NCBI GenBank assembly: GCA_036172245.1
Contig: JAYWIR010000036.1
Location: 1,860,001 to 1,924,000 of the forward strand
Direction of reading: 5' to 3'
Origin: Raillietiella orientalis
Taxonomy: Eukaryota
DNA: 64,000 bases
Shown: one piece after another, positions 48,846-61,185 of the stretch
How the letters are laid out: each line of letters opens with the position of its first letter
Numbering within the stretch: position 1 is the stretch's first letter
Notes under the pieces: model-generated
Told to the model about the DNA's origin: nothing
What the model saw: only the letters and a program-made list of their open reading frames with translations
Databases searched by the model: none
Translations under genes and position numbers: made by a program

Positions 48846-50362
48846 TTATTTCTCGCCTCTTTTCAGCTTCTTCTGTCGCGAAGACCGTTGCAGTTTTCCC
48901 GATGAGGAAGCGGGCTTCTCGCTACCGGCATCACTCTCCGTGCCGATGAAGTCGGTGAGGTCTATCTTCTCGGTCGAGCGCTCGGCCCTGGTGACCGTCT
49001 TGCGTGGGAGGGTCTCCAAGTTGACCATGGCGCAATGGTTCGTCTTGACCTAGAAAAGCTTGTTCTCCAGCTTTTCGCACTGCGACACCTCCACCAGTTG
49101 GTTGATGTCCTCCTGGACCTCGCAGATGCGTTGCAGGAGTTGCTCCTGATGCTCCGCAGTCGGTTCCTGGCGGACTTTCTCTATCAGTTTAACCACCTCC
49201 TCGGTTATTTGCAGGGTTTTTTGCGTTGCCGGGGTGAGTTCATTCACCTCCATTTTTTCGCCTTCCTCTGCTTTTGCTTGTTCGGGCTTCTGGAAGGGTT
49301 CTTGCTCCTTGACGAGCAACCTCCTCTTGCTCTTCTTCCTTATTTCGACGAAGCCGTCTGCCGGAACTGGGGCGGCTTTCTTCACCTTTCTTGATTTCTC
49401 CACAGGTTTTTGAGGCTTCGCCACCTCCGCTTGAACTTTCTCCCTCACTGGGGAGAGCCCACGCATCGTTCGCCAGTTGGCGTACTCGGGACAGCACCAC
49501 CTCTCGTGTCCCGGCGCCTTACAAAATGCTCAGACCTCTGACATATTGCAATTCCTCACCTGGTGCCCCTGCTTCCCGCAGCGGAAACACCGAGACCTGG
49601 GGCAAGCACTGACACAATGCCCAAAGTGCTCGCACCCAGTGCAAAACACAGGCTGTTGTCTGTATCGAATGTACACCTCCTGAGAATCCCCAGCGATGTG
49701 GGCGAGACCTGGAATCTGAGCCTTCTCACAAATTTTGATCTTGGCGACCACATCGCCAGAGAACACCTTTCCAGGGTAGTTCCGGAATTCCACTTCCAGA
49801 ACCTCCCCGTACTTGGCGAGAAACGACCAGACCGCCTGCTTGCTTGTGGTGATGCAGACACCACCAAGAAACACCGTTGGGCACGGCATGTCCCCGATGC
49901 CGCGCACCATCCTTCCCTGAATGTTAATTCCTCTCTCGATGATTGCCTCCGTTAGCTGTTCACAGTCGGTGTAGACCGTGGTTCTAGGAATCTTCAGCAG
50001 TACTAATGCCTGCACCCTATCAAAGTTCACGTTTTCTTTATAAAGGGCCAGGTAGACCTCTTTGATGTTATTAATTCAAATTAAACCGGTCTTGAAAGTT
50101 ACCGGCTGCACATTCGGCCCGATACGAACGATGGGCTCTTCGATATTCTCGATTTTGCCTGTTTCAGGCTTTGCAAACTTTTGGGCCGGTCGGCTGGTTG
50201 ATGTACCCGCCGCCACTGCCGCGTAGGAAATCGGCCGCGCCGTCGCAACCGCACAAGATGGCGTCGCGTCCCCCGCGACGGGGGAAGGGGGGTTGTAGGC
50301 TTCGCCGTCGCGCAGGCAACCGTCGGCGGCGCCGCCGCACACTCGCCGGACGCTACCTCCAT
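48846..50362 (-). pseudogene. Family C ORF1 (RRM-like plus two zinc knuckles), frameshifted
   Basis: ISYAAVAAG; VFLGGVC...FLAKYGEV; CTGCEHFGHCVSAC and CFRCGKQGHQVRNC. Confidence 0.9.
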
Positions 50363-50400
50363 GGGCTGGGGCGACGCGGGCCTCTCCTCAGTGTGCACAG

Positions 50401-50419
50401 TGCGCAGTGTGCACTTTTG
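50401..50419. repeat. 19-bp direct repeat, right copy
   Basis: tgcgcagtgtgcacttttg. Confidence 0.85.
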
Positions 50420-50799
50420 TTACCGGCCGTGGAATGGAGTTTACTGTTTTCAATAAAATGCAGATGCCGTCGTTCTTTCCGGGTTCCACTCGTAAAGAAA
50501 GAACTAACGTTTTTCCATATGCGTGTATGTGATACTAACGAGGTGGATGACGTCACGAAGCGGCAAGCCTGCTGGGCCTCGAATTCTTGCGCAGGATTTG
50601 ATTTCCTTCACAAAGTGTGGAAGGAGGCGAGCTGCACACGGACCACCGTGCGAGGTGGAACCCTTCCCACAGGGCAGGGCTCTACCCCATCTAACAGGAA
50701 AACGGAAGAATGGTCCTCGATCGTGGGGACGATCTTCCACTTCTCAGTGGTCAGAGACGTCTGCAGCTGAAACTTCGTACAAGGCGCATTCCTTCAGGA

Positions 50800-52150
50800 C
50801 AGCTTCTGATAGCTACAGCCATTGACTGGCATAAGGGAGAGAAGGTCCTGCCTTCGAACATCCACTCGATGGAGCAGGTCTTCGAGCTCGCACTCAACGC
50901 CCCAAGGCATAAGTTACCTTATCTTATACCTTTGTGGAGGCTTGTCGCCATCGACCACACTACTGAAACCTGAAACTCAGAGCTGTCGGACGCTCCATCG
51001 TGTGTGCTATTGCAGCGTCAGCAACGTCAGCAGGCGTCCCCGCTGGATGCAAGACGAGATGTTCTTCCGTGGAAGTTTGTGTTCTCATATCACAAAGACG
51101 TAATCTCCATGATCTTCTGTTTTTCGTAGCCTGTAGCCATTCTGCTACACTGGAAGTTGTAGCACACACTGGCACGAGAGCAGAAAAAAAATCAAAATCA
51201 GGCGCGCGGACGGAATATCAGAAAAACTCGTCCGTCCGTTTCGAACGCTGATGGAGACAGGCGATGTCCCCCTCCTCCTCGCGCTCTGCAAAAGGGCGTC
51301 TCCTGCCAAAAGGCGGCCTGACCTGCATCTTCTGAGCAGCTGGAGTACGATCTCCCTAGTAATCTCGGAAGTCATGTTGTTCTTGAGTCTGTGGACAGCG
51401 ATACTGGGACAGATCGCAGAGTCCGTGGTCAGTCCTGAGCAGTGCTATCCTATTCCTAGTCTCTCAGCGGATGCGAACCTCCTCGCCGCGCACATCTGGT
51501 TCCTGCTTCAGGAACCTGTCGCGTCGGTCGAGAGCTCAGAAGAGAAAGCTCTTGTCGACTCCAAGCGCAGGTACCGACAGGTTGGGAGCCTTGGCGGTCG
51601 CAGTTGATCTGCATGAAGCGTTCGATTGCCATCAATCAGAAAATCCTCACGGACTCCTAGAGCGCCTCGGACTCCCCACTCAACTTCTTCTCTACTTGCG
51701 TTCCTGCTGACGCAACGCGTTGCCCAACTTCTGTTTCAGCAGCTGTCACGAGTGCGGCGTTTCCATACTCGGAGGCATCCGGCAGGGAGACAGTTCCCTC
51801 TGTTCTTCAGCATCTAGTTGGAATTGGTGCTGAAGGCGTACAGGCATTCTCTGGTCGACTCCCTAGCCCCTGGTCGTACCCACTGTCCGAGGGAGCCAAG
51901 CGGACGACCTGCTTCTCTTGCTGTCCATGTCCCCTCCGGCAGCAAGACTCGAGGGCTTCTTCTGGCTGACCGATCAGGATGCAGGCGTAAGCGTCAACAG
52001 GAGGAAGTGCATGATCGTGCCGGGTGCGTGGGGGAGGAGCAGGCCGAACTGAATCCTCCTGGTGATCCTCACAGGCAGGTAGTTCGAGTACCTTGGCGTA
52101 CTGTCAAGCGAATTCTGCGCAGCAGATGTGGTCGGCCTGCTATTAGAAAG
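50800..52150 (+). mobile_element. Old family A APE/RT fragment
   Basis: WSTISLVISEVMLF...IAESVVSPEQCY...DANL; GALAVAVDLHEAFD. Confidence 0.75.
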
Positions 52151-52155
52151 CTTTT

Positions 52156-52720
52156 CACCCGGTCGCACTGGGATACTTATTTTAATAAAGACATAAAACA
52201 GCGAACAAAAAAGGAACGAATTCCTAAATGATGCAGAGAAAACTTACTAGAGAAAATCTCAAATGGGAAGAACTCTACGACTCGGAGGGTCAAAAACAAT
52301 GCCTGCAACATTCAGGGGATGAGGGAAGGGGCAGATAAATCATTGGTGGGTAGAGATGGTGACACTGGGTTTGCTGAGTTTCTTCTAAACTGTTCTCGCG
52401 ATGTTGGTGGTCGTTGCTGACATCCTGTTTCAGGTGGGGCCAACTGCATGGTTTCTTTAGGTTGACCATAGCAATGTAAGCAGCCTCTTGCTGCCGTTGG
52501 CGCAGCTCTATTGAGTACGGGGCTGCGAAGACGCTGATGACGCAAATGACGTCGCGATCAGGCGGCAAACGAGAGTCTCTCTTGCGCAAAGAAGCGGCGT
52601 AGTAGATCAATCGCGCATCTTCCGGGTGGAGAAGAGCCTGTGCCAGCCTCTTCCACAAAAAACGGATGACGCTGCAGTTGATCACCAGGTGGGGAAGCGA
52701 TTCTGTTCCCTCGCAGCACC
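52156..52720 (-). mobile_element. Old family A 3' end
   Basis: LWKRLAQALLHPED, SWPHLKQ; ends aataagtatcccagtgcgaccgggtg. Confidence 0.7.
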
Positions 52721-52729
52721 ATGACCCAC

Positions 52730-52964
52730 GTCCTCTTTATCTTTTCCTGGGTAGGTCCTGATTGTCACCCGATGGGGACATCTTGCTGCCATACACAGAA
52801 AGCGAAGTGCGCACTCGATGCGCTTTTCTCAGACGCTCCTTCTTCAACGTCCCTTCAGGCCGTGGCAACCCTGCATATGCAGCAGAGTCCTGCTAGGGCT
52901 GCGGCTAGCAGCAGGGCGTTCCGCATGAAGAGGACTTTTGAAACGTTCTTGGGGCTGCCAGCCG
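52730..52964 (-). repeat. 235-bp inverted copy of 58058-58292 (family B ORF2 tail)
   Basis: About 6 mismatches by eye; shared decay. Confidence 0.85.
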
Positions 52965-52989
52965 CAGACACCGCAGACACACTCCCCTA

Positions 52990-53500
52990 CTCACGTGATG
53001 CATGCGTTCGTTGCATGGAAGACCTTAATGGTGGAACAGCACTTTATCGTGTTGCCACCAGATAAAGAGGTCAGCAGTGTCGACACACAGAGGAAGGACA
53101 CACTCGAGGTTACGTCCGTCAGCGGAGCCCTTTCTCCTGGAAGCAGGACGCAGCCTGATCGTCCAAGACTTTTGATATCCTCGACTTCCTGCTGCGAGCT
53201 CTGGTGCGTCTCCTGAAGCAGGCCAAGATCAAAAGAGTGCAGGGTTTCCGTAACCGCGAGCTTCTCGTCTTCGTGGAGCTCGTTGGCGTTCCAACAGATG
53301 ATTCTCAAGAGACTACAAGAGAAGCGCCGATGCGTGTTATTAACGGGAACATGGCGGAGCCAGGATGAATTATCCGTCTCAACCTCTGGCGGTTGGGAGA
53401 TGCACACAACGGGTGGCGTCAGATCGTTCATTTGATCCTGATTTTCTCCGCCGAGACGGTGCAGGTGACTGTTTTCCGCCTCGCAGTTGTCGCACCAGGC
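52990..53500 (-). mobile_element. ORF1 tail / APE start remnant
   Basis: LRIICWNANEL...FDLGLLQETH. Confidence 0.75.
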
Positions 53501-53539
53501 CACTTCCTTGACCTCTTGCCTTACTTTTACATCGCCTAG

Positions 53540-54154
53540 ACACGAGAAAATGTGGATGCTTTTTGTGAAGCCTGTGGCGATAGAGAGACCTTCCCGCACC
53601 TTTTGATGGATGTGCCGCCCTCTGACCCCTTTGGAATCGTCTGACGACTATTTTTGGAATCCCAGGAGGCAGCTCCCAGGACATTTTTCGGCGCTTCTTC
53701 GTGAGTGCCGCTCTGACGTCAGCCGCCTTTTTAGCAGTTCTCTGCTGCATCCGCGGAATGGTGGCATGCTGGAACGCGACAAGATCCCAAAATGGCAGGA
53801 ACGTCATTCACTGGACAAGAATCTTTTTGAAAACCGTGTCGAGGTGGCTCCACCTGGACAGTGTAAAAACAGCACTTGTCAGCATCCTGGACAGGATGCA
53901 GAGGACGTCTCCATGCCAACAGGGATCTCTTCCCTCCTATTCTCAATAAACGTTCCCCCGCCTCCGGTTTTTTTTTGTTTGCTTCTTTTGTGGTTTTTCC
54001 TCTCTGTTTGCCCATGGAGCGGACCTCAGCGATCTGCGCACCGGTTTTTGGCAAGTTCCTAGAGCGTGTTCGAACCAAGTGTTCTACTACGAATTTGTAA
54101 TATTTACGACTTTTATTATAATTTCTATAATAAATGCCCCGGCAAGTACCGGTG
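53540..54154 (+). mobile_element. Family B 3' end
   Basis: FLAVLCCIRGMVACW...RWLHL...ILDRM; ends aataaatgccccggcaagtaccggtg. Confidence 0.8.
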
Positions 54155-54159
54155 CCAAA

Positions 54160-55450
54160 ACCTTTCACGTCGCTTCCCGCATACGGGTCTTAGCAATGCT
54201 CCTTCGCGCGACGGAAGGAGCATTGCCTACGGCAGCAACGGAGTCTGGATCCGAGAAGCCAGAAGCTTGTGATTCGTAGGTATCCTCTTGTTGCCGTAGG
54301 CGACGCTTCCGTGCGGTCGCACCCTCAAGTGTGCTTGTTTGTGCACTATCTGAGGTCGCGGCCGCCGAAGCAGTATCGTTGCACACTCCTAAGAAAACCT
54401 TTCATTCCTGCAAGGTCGGTGAAACACGAAGCGCCTCGGGAGTTCTGCTTGATCGAGACGCGTTTTGCACATTTTCGGCGTGTGGAGCGGGTATTCCTGC
54501 ATGCGCATTCGGAAATGCTCGCTCTTTGCCTTCGTGGTCACCGTTCTCCTGGTGGAGTCATCCCCGTCGGGAATTTCCGCAGTTATTTCCAAGAAAAAAA
54601 ACCTTGTTTCCAAAGAGGCCTCTTTTGATGCGGAGGTAGCGTTGCAGTTCGCAGACTGTTTGAGGCTGGGGTGAAAGGACTCGGGTGAGAACGCAGGGGA
54701 TGCCCGCTTGATGCACCTAAGTTGCTTTTAGCTTGACACCCAATCTTCGGGCACCTCCTCTTGAGGTGTCCCGCAACGCCGCACTCGCTGCAAACTTTCG
54801 GCTTCCCCACGTACCAGATACCGACATCTCTCCCGCCGATCTTCAGTTCATAGGGACCTTTTTCCCTATCGGCGAAAACGCGCGCCACAGCAAGCCCGCT
54901 GTAAGCAGAGGGAAAACTCCCATAAGGGCTTCCTTTCCGTCAAAGGACTTGCACGGTGACGTGATCTGCCTGCACCGCTATCACATCGCGGTCGGACACA
55001 TCGGACAGGATGCCTCTCAAATGGAGGACGGAAAACTGATCCTCCGTGGAAGAACCCTTTGGCTCCCGATGCTCAGCGACGTGCGTAGAAGGCGTTGAGT
55101 GAGTTCTGCACTTTTCCAGGTAAATTCCCAGTCTTCTTTTCCCGCCAGCATCATGAGGAACTCTAGGTCTTCCTCGCGAACATCGACCCTCGTGACCTTT
55201 CTGTTGAGCTCGCGAATCGCCCTTCATAGCTAAGTGACCTTCTTTATAAGGGAATGCGGGCTTATAGCCCTGGACTATATGAGCCCGCATTCTCGCATCC
55301 GCGGGGGATCCCCGCTGGCCACTGCTGCCGTTGCGATATTGCTTTCCCCAAGCGTGGATTGGAAAGGGTAATTTCCCCATTCTTCTTTCTCGAGTTCTTG
55401 TCAACTCGTGCTAAGAGGTCTGCTTCTCTTCCTGTGCGGTGGCAGATGGG
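54160..55450 (-). mobile_element. ORF1 remnant
   Basis: GIWYVGKPKVCSECGVAGHLKRRCPKIGC; AHIVQGYKPAFPYKEG resembles AYVEKGYNPSLFYKVG. Confidence 0.8.
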
Positions 55451-55559
55451 TCCTTTGCAGACATTGACTTCCTACTTATGTCGGCAAACCACACTAGCCA
55501 CTACATCACCATGACACGGCAAAAACACCCATAAAAACATTGGAAATATTACGCACTCG

Positions 55560-57190
55560 TAAGTCAGTGGTGCTTCAGAGAGCAGCTCTTTCGAGTCACT
55601 GACTCGAAGACAACTTTTTGCGGAGCGGAACACGACGTCTGACTCTTGGGAAGGCGGACACCACTGTCGGTTTGTTCCTGGAAGGCAAGTTCGTCTTGCC
55701 AGAACAGACCTCCATCTGGAACACTTTTTTGTTTGTCCATTCTATTCCGCTGCGATCGCTGCAAAACCTCCTATGCAAGCCTCTGAGACCTCCTCCTGGA
55801 CCGGCCGCAGTGGTCCCTGAGAGTCGTTGCAACCCTTGTCGCAGCACTGTCTTTCCTTAGGGAAAACAACCACAGCAGCCAACCGGAAAAGCGGGGGTTG
55901 TGCTGCAAAATTTCAGCGGTAGGAAAACTCCACGATGGAAAAGTTCCACACCTTTTTTTGGACTGCAGCTCCTATGAAGACTTGTGGCAGAGATTGCAGT
56001 GTACGCTTCTTCAACCTCAGTGCACCGCTTTGGACTTACTGCGCTGCTTCTTTATTGTGAGCGAGATGAAATATAAAGCTATGATCGCAACAATCTACTG
56101 CATCTGCTTATTGATGACAGTCCGCCATGTATTTTAGCCACGTTTGCAGAGAAAGGAGGCCATCAGCATGGAAGCAGCTTTCATGAAGACAGCTGCAATG
56201 TGGCCTCATCTTTAAGAAGAGGTCGTCATCGAGATCATCATCATATGCAGCCGCTTCCGTTTCTGAACAGAAAGGAACGAATAAAACCAAAGATCCCTGG
56301 TGCCTGCCTCCTCTTCAGCACTGCGACGATCGAAGAAACTTTCCCCATCGTGAAGGGTTCGTCGGCACATGCGTGTTCCTCTTGGTCCATTGTGGGTCAC
56401 CTTCCAAGAGCAAGAACAAGTCTGAGAGGTCACTCCCGCCGTCAGTGCTATGGCGCACGGTGAGGAAAAGCAGCTCCTTACAGTGAGGCGCTCGATTCTG
56501 GGGCCGAGCATTCCCGTCCCTGTGCATCTAGCAGATGAGCCGCTCCAGAATTCCAGACTGGGCCCTCATCTCTCCTGCTTCGGATTCCTCAAGGTGCCGG
56601 ACCTTTGTGCTTCTAGGGAAGGAAAGCTCCTCAAGTGAGGTCCTGAAGTCAACCACTCTTCGAAGAGACATGGATTCAGGTGTAGGGGAAACCGGAAAGC
56701 AGAACTCTTGGGCTGAACGCCTCTCCAAATGATAAGATTCTTTTAAGGTAAGATTACTTATGAGACCGGAACAGAGCTCTCTGTTTCGGTCTTAAAGTTC
56801 CCGTGGGGGGTACTCGCGGGGTCTCCCGATCTCCTCCGGATGGGTGAGCCACTTCACAGGCATCCTTCAAGCGTTGTTCGAAGGCCCCTTGCCGAGACGC
56901 AGTAGCTGGAACTTCAGTCTGGTATGATCGGATGACACTCCAACTTTCCTCCTTGCTCGAGAGAGAGGGCGCTTGTCGGAAAAAACGTGACGAAAAGATC
57001 CTTTCATCCTAGTTTCGCTGGCTGGCAGGCTACTCACGCGCACGGACGCGCACAAACTAGCTTTCCGACAACCTCCCTTCCTTCAGAAGGCTGCTTCTCT
57101 CCTACGCTCCCTACTTTTCGATTGCCTCGTCCTAGAGAGGTGAAAACGAGGACCAATGACCTGCTTGGAAACGACCTGTGGGGTACACGA
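55560..57190. mobile_element. Mixed old ORF2 fragments (post-RT -, zinc-finger tail +, linker/APE -)
   Basis: PHLFLDCSSYEDLWQRL (+, 55.9 kb); EPFT...LKRRQAPG (-, 56.3 kb); CASVRVSSL...HVF...SDH (-, 57.0 kb). Confidence 0.6.
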
Positions 57191-58330
57191 AGGACTTATG
57201 TGCTCCACGTCGAGGTGGTGGCCTCGCAAGCTGACGCTGCAGTGGATCGAGATGGATCCAGCTGCAACGGAGAACGTTGGCTATCGCAGCAGAGTGTTGA
57301 AACACCTTCTGGTGCACCCTCACGCCTCACTGCCAGCTGTGTAGTCGAAACGGAGTCATTCACATCCTGTCTTCCCTGCAATGGGCGAAAGAGGAGAAAG
57401 TGTGGGCTTCTCTGGCTCATGGCCACAATGGCAGAGGAAAACGGCTAATCGGTCTGCTACCCTGCCCGCCAACCCTAGCGCATGCCTAGACAAAATTGTT
57501 AGCACCTGGGCAAAGATGAGGAGTCCTAGGTCAGAGAAGTTGAGCAACCTGCATCTAGGCACGCACTCCCGCTGTTTGCGAATGAAAGATCTTGGGTAGT
57601 TCCAACACTTAGGCGGAGATGACACCCTCGCTGCAACCATGCCCTCCTTTAGGAAGGTACTTGACAGGGAAGCCAACCGCCGAGGTGGGGAGACTCCTGC
57701 GAGATGGCGGTCAGGTGGAAGATCATAAGTGATTGGATCATAGGGTGGCTGACTGACGCTGCTATCCCGAGTTCCCTTCGAGACTAAAACGCTGAAGGGG
57801 ATACTCGGTATGCTCAACGAACACATGAAGTGGCCCCAAAGTTCCTCAACAGAAGCACCATCCCACTGAATTGGCAGAAGTCTGAAATTCTGCTCTTGCA
57901 CTGAGTGCTTCCTAGAGCTCTCCCTGACATCATTCGGCACTGAGTGCGAGCCCGGGCTGTCGCAGGTGCGGATAGCGGGAATCCTTGCCATACCTTCTTG
58001 TGATCTGAGTTGCCCTCCGTCTCCGGTGGGAACGTTTCGGGGCGAACTTTCGCAACTCGGCTGGCAGCCCCAAGAACGTTTCAAAAGTCCTCTTCATGCG
58101 GAATGCCCTGCTGCTAGCCGCAGCCCTAGCAGGACTCTGCTGCATATGCAGGGTTGCCACGGTCTCAAGGGACGTTGAAGGAGGAGCGTCTGAGAAAAGC
58201 GCATCGAGTGCGCACTTCGCTTTCTGTGTATGGCAGCAAGATGTCCCCATCTGGTGACAATCAGGACCGACCCAGGAAAAGATAAAGAGGACATCTTCCA
58301 GCGGGAAGTGATTCCTACCTGACCCTGCAT
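57190..58330 (+). mobile_element. Old family B post-RT fragment
   Basis: LPANPSACLDKIVSTWAKM; AAALAGLCCICRV, collinear with 18288-19380. Confidence 0.7.
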
Positions 58331-58699
58331 TTATTTCTTTCCTTTTAACTCATCGATTTTTTTTTCAATTCAAAGGGAACTTTCTGTTCCACCCACCGGG
58401 ATCCAGCAAGGTACGTGGATAAACTGAGTGTGGTGGGACCACGAGTCCTTTTGCAACTTATGAGTTATTTTTAATTTGAATAGACATTCCAGCGTGTCCG
58501 AATGGAAGCTAGAAGGCTGTTCCTGTTCGAAAGTAGGTGGACATTGAATTTCCCTGCCACGAGATGTCTCACTCTTTAGCAGCCGGTTGCGAATTATCGG
58601 GATTGAGAAACGCCGAAGAATTTCGTTCTCTCGGGGCTCCGGTCAAAGGATCTTGAAGCTCAAACCTTCCTGCCGAAAGGATCAATCAATTCTGACCAC

Positions 58700-59300
58700 G
58701 TGGAGACAGACTGCTCCCTCTCGTCCTTCCTCATCAGAACAAACGCTGCGCCCCTCTCCCGACGCCACCCTGCGCGAATCGGCACCTTCGTGCAGAGCCC
58801 CGCCATCGCTGCTGCGTCCCGTTGTGAACCTCTGCAGGAGTGTGGAAACGGAACACCTTCTCGTGATCGTGCAGCCCGTTGACACTATATGAGGAAACTT
58901 TGACACGACGCTGAGGAAGGGATATTCCCCTTTCGATGGCCGCGAGGATTGCACTATGTTTCCTGCCCGGTCATAAGAGTGACTCTCCGGCAGTATGGGA
59001 GACCTCAAAGCGCCATCCCTTCACCTTCTTTGGGTGCTGCACATTGCCGATACCTCATAGAGGAGAATCATTTCCCTCGGCTTTGCTTTGGTGACACGCT
59101 GGCAACTGCGCACTTCGGGATGCGGCACATGCTTTTTGACTCTTCCCTGCTGAGCCTCACCACAGCTCGGGATCCGATCATCGGGCTCAAGATAGGTTTT
59201 CCACCTGACGCCGGATGCGCCCAGCGCCCTCCCCAACTGGAAGACGCCTGCCATGCGGACGGAACAGCCTTTCCGCCCTATGCAAGCATAAGAGCAAGCC
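58700..59300 (-). mobile_element. Gypsy-like integrase remnant
   Basis: VKKHV...SCQRV (zinc-binding region), then PSKGEYPFLSVVSKFPHIV...LLQRF...SDGG, resembling the GP...VVDxxSK...SDNG core; decayed. Confidence 0.45.
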
Positions 59301-60502
59301 ATGCCTAGAAGGGAGTGCAATTCACATATGGGGTGCGTCCAAGTCATGAAAATTCCGAAACAGCGATGCATATTGAAAGATGCGCTGAATGTCGCCATCT
59401 TCTGATCCAGACTCTTAGTTTCAGCTGTGGCATCTATTCGAGAAATTCCTCGAGCGCCCGGAGCACCGCACACCAGGTTCGCCTTTAAAGCCCAACGCAA
59501 GACGGGGAAGAAGTTCGTGGGGCACGCGGAGAACAGCGTGGGGAAACAAACGAACGGCAGCTGGAATTAAGGAAACGGCAAGCGGCTGCACTGCGAGCAA
59601 CTCTTTTCACGATTATTTCATATCGGATTCGCGGAGTGTGCGACTAATGTCAAAGTGCTAGTCTTCGCTCGAAGTTTTTTTGTTGTCTTTTCCGTGTCCA
59701 TGGAGGGCAGGAATGCACCTGACTGCCGGAAATCACTTTAAAAAAAGGTTTTTTGCTGGCTCTAGCGGCAGAAGGGCTTTAGCTTCTTCACTCGGAATCG
59801 AGTCTTGGAGCTTGCAATCTCACTCTGGGAAAGATGACAGCCGAGAATAGGGGTTGCTCATGAGTTTCATGTCCCCCCTGAAGGACGATGCTGGCTGGCC
59901 TGGGAGAGCTTCGGTTGAGGCACTGATGGAAGCCGGAAGCCAGTTGACTGATGGCGATTGCAAGCTGTCCCTTCCTTCCAATAATCAAGGAAGCGGTTCC
60001 CTTTTTGCTTCCTTTGAGTTCTGTGGAAACGTAGCCATCTTGCTATATTACAGGGGACCCTCCATCGCGTACCGTGAAGCTGGTTGGTATCTTGGAGAGG
60101 TTGCATCTCCTGAATGCAACAAGCGCTCTGCTCTCTTTGAAAGGAGCCTTTCGGGGAAATTAGGGGCGCCTTTTCTAGGTTCGGATGATGATGGTTGGCA
60201 GTAAATAAAAATTCTACGTCTTCGTGTGCACGGTAGATGAAGGTGGCTGCCGAGCGAACATCTCATGCCATGTGAAGAGAAGGCATCTTTTCAAAAAATG
60301 CGTTCTCTCCATTCGGCATTATTTGCACCCTTTGCATGCCGAGGTCAACTGAAGGTGCCTGAAACGCCGCGCTGGACCTCGTCTGCGGGCGTCACTGCTG
60401 CTTCCTCTTTATTGTAGGAGTTCAGGATGAACGCGCGTTACAGTCATGCGTGGTCAACAAAAACGTCCCTTTCATTTCGTGCCAGTCGGGAACGGCAGTC
60501 CA

Positions 60503-61185
60503 CTACGGATTCAATTTCTGAACGATTATCTTCTCCAGCGCGGGCAGGAAATGCATTGGATATTTTTCCAGGAGAAAGGTTCCAAGGTGTATCTCTTCAC
60601 CATGCAGATCTGGATCAGCTCGTACCATTACTTCGCATGCATTTTTTAAATACTTTGATTTCACCTGAAATCGTCACCGCGTCGTGTTCTTTCTGAAAAC
60701 AGTTTCCTCTATTACCTCCTTCATGTAATCCCGACCGTTGAAGCTGAAGTGCAATTTGTCACTGTCGAAGCTGAATTGGGGAACATTTTTAGCACTGGTA
60801 CAAGGTACCTAGCAGTCTTGTGAAAGCAAACTTATTACTGACAACCGTCACCCACCTTAATGAATTTGCCATGCTTATCCGCTGCTTTTACTTCACCGGA
60901 AAATATCTGAAAGTTTTCTTCAGAAAGAACAATACCATAATCTTCGAAAGAGAAAGTGAAAGAACAGTTGTTCTTGCAGAGTTTCTTTGAACCCATTTTC
61001 ACGCTGAACAAATGGGTGATGTCCGTGGTGAGCAACATATTTTTGCATTTTCTTCTAGATTCACTTACTTTTTTATTTGCAACATCCAATCCTCGTCGTC
61101 ATAACTTAGGAGCTCAATCCCACGTGGCTGCTCTTTGGAAAGTTCTATTATGAGTTCCCCAACTTCCTGGTTTGTCCTTGGCTCA
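60503..61185 (-). CDS. Paralogous pepsin-like gene, C-terminal lobe, 4 exons, catalytic motif replaced
   Basis: Exons 61185-61069, 61003-60856, 60808-60716, 60664-60503 (117, 148, 93, 162 nt versus 123, 148, 93, 162 in the 30-kb copy): LCKNNCSFTFSFEDYGIVLS, VPCTSAKNVPQFSF...DYMKE, HLGTFLLEKYPMHF. Upstream homology continues to about 62100. Confidence 0.8.

Larger units (their letters stand above)
45227..50400 (-). mobile_element. Essentially full-length family C L1/Tx1-like element (about 5.17 kb)
   Basis: ORF1 + ORF2 + UTR with AATAAA, bounded by the 19-bp direct repeat. Confidence 0.93.

Noticed and set aside
56763..56792. Near-perfect hairpin agaccggaacagag...ctctgtttcggtct
   Set aside because: Single occurrence inside decayed ORF2 linker sequence and not conserved in homologous copies.
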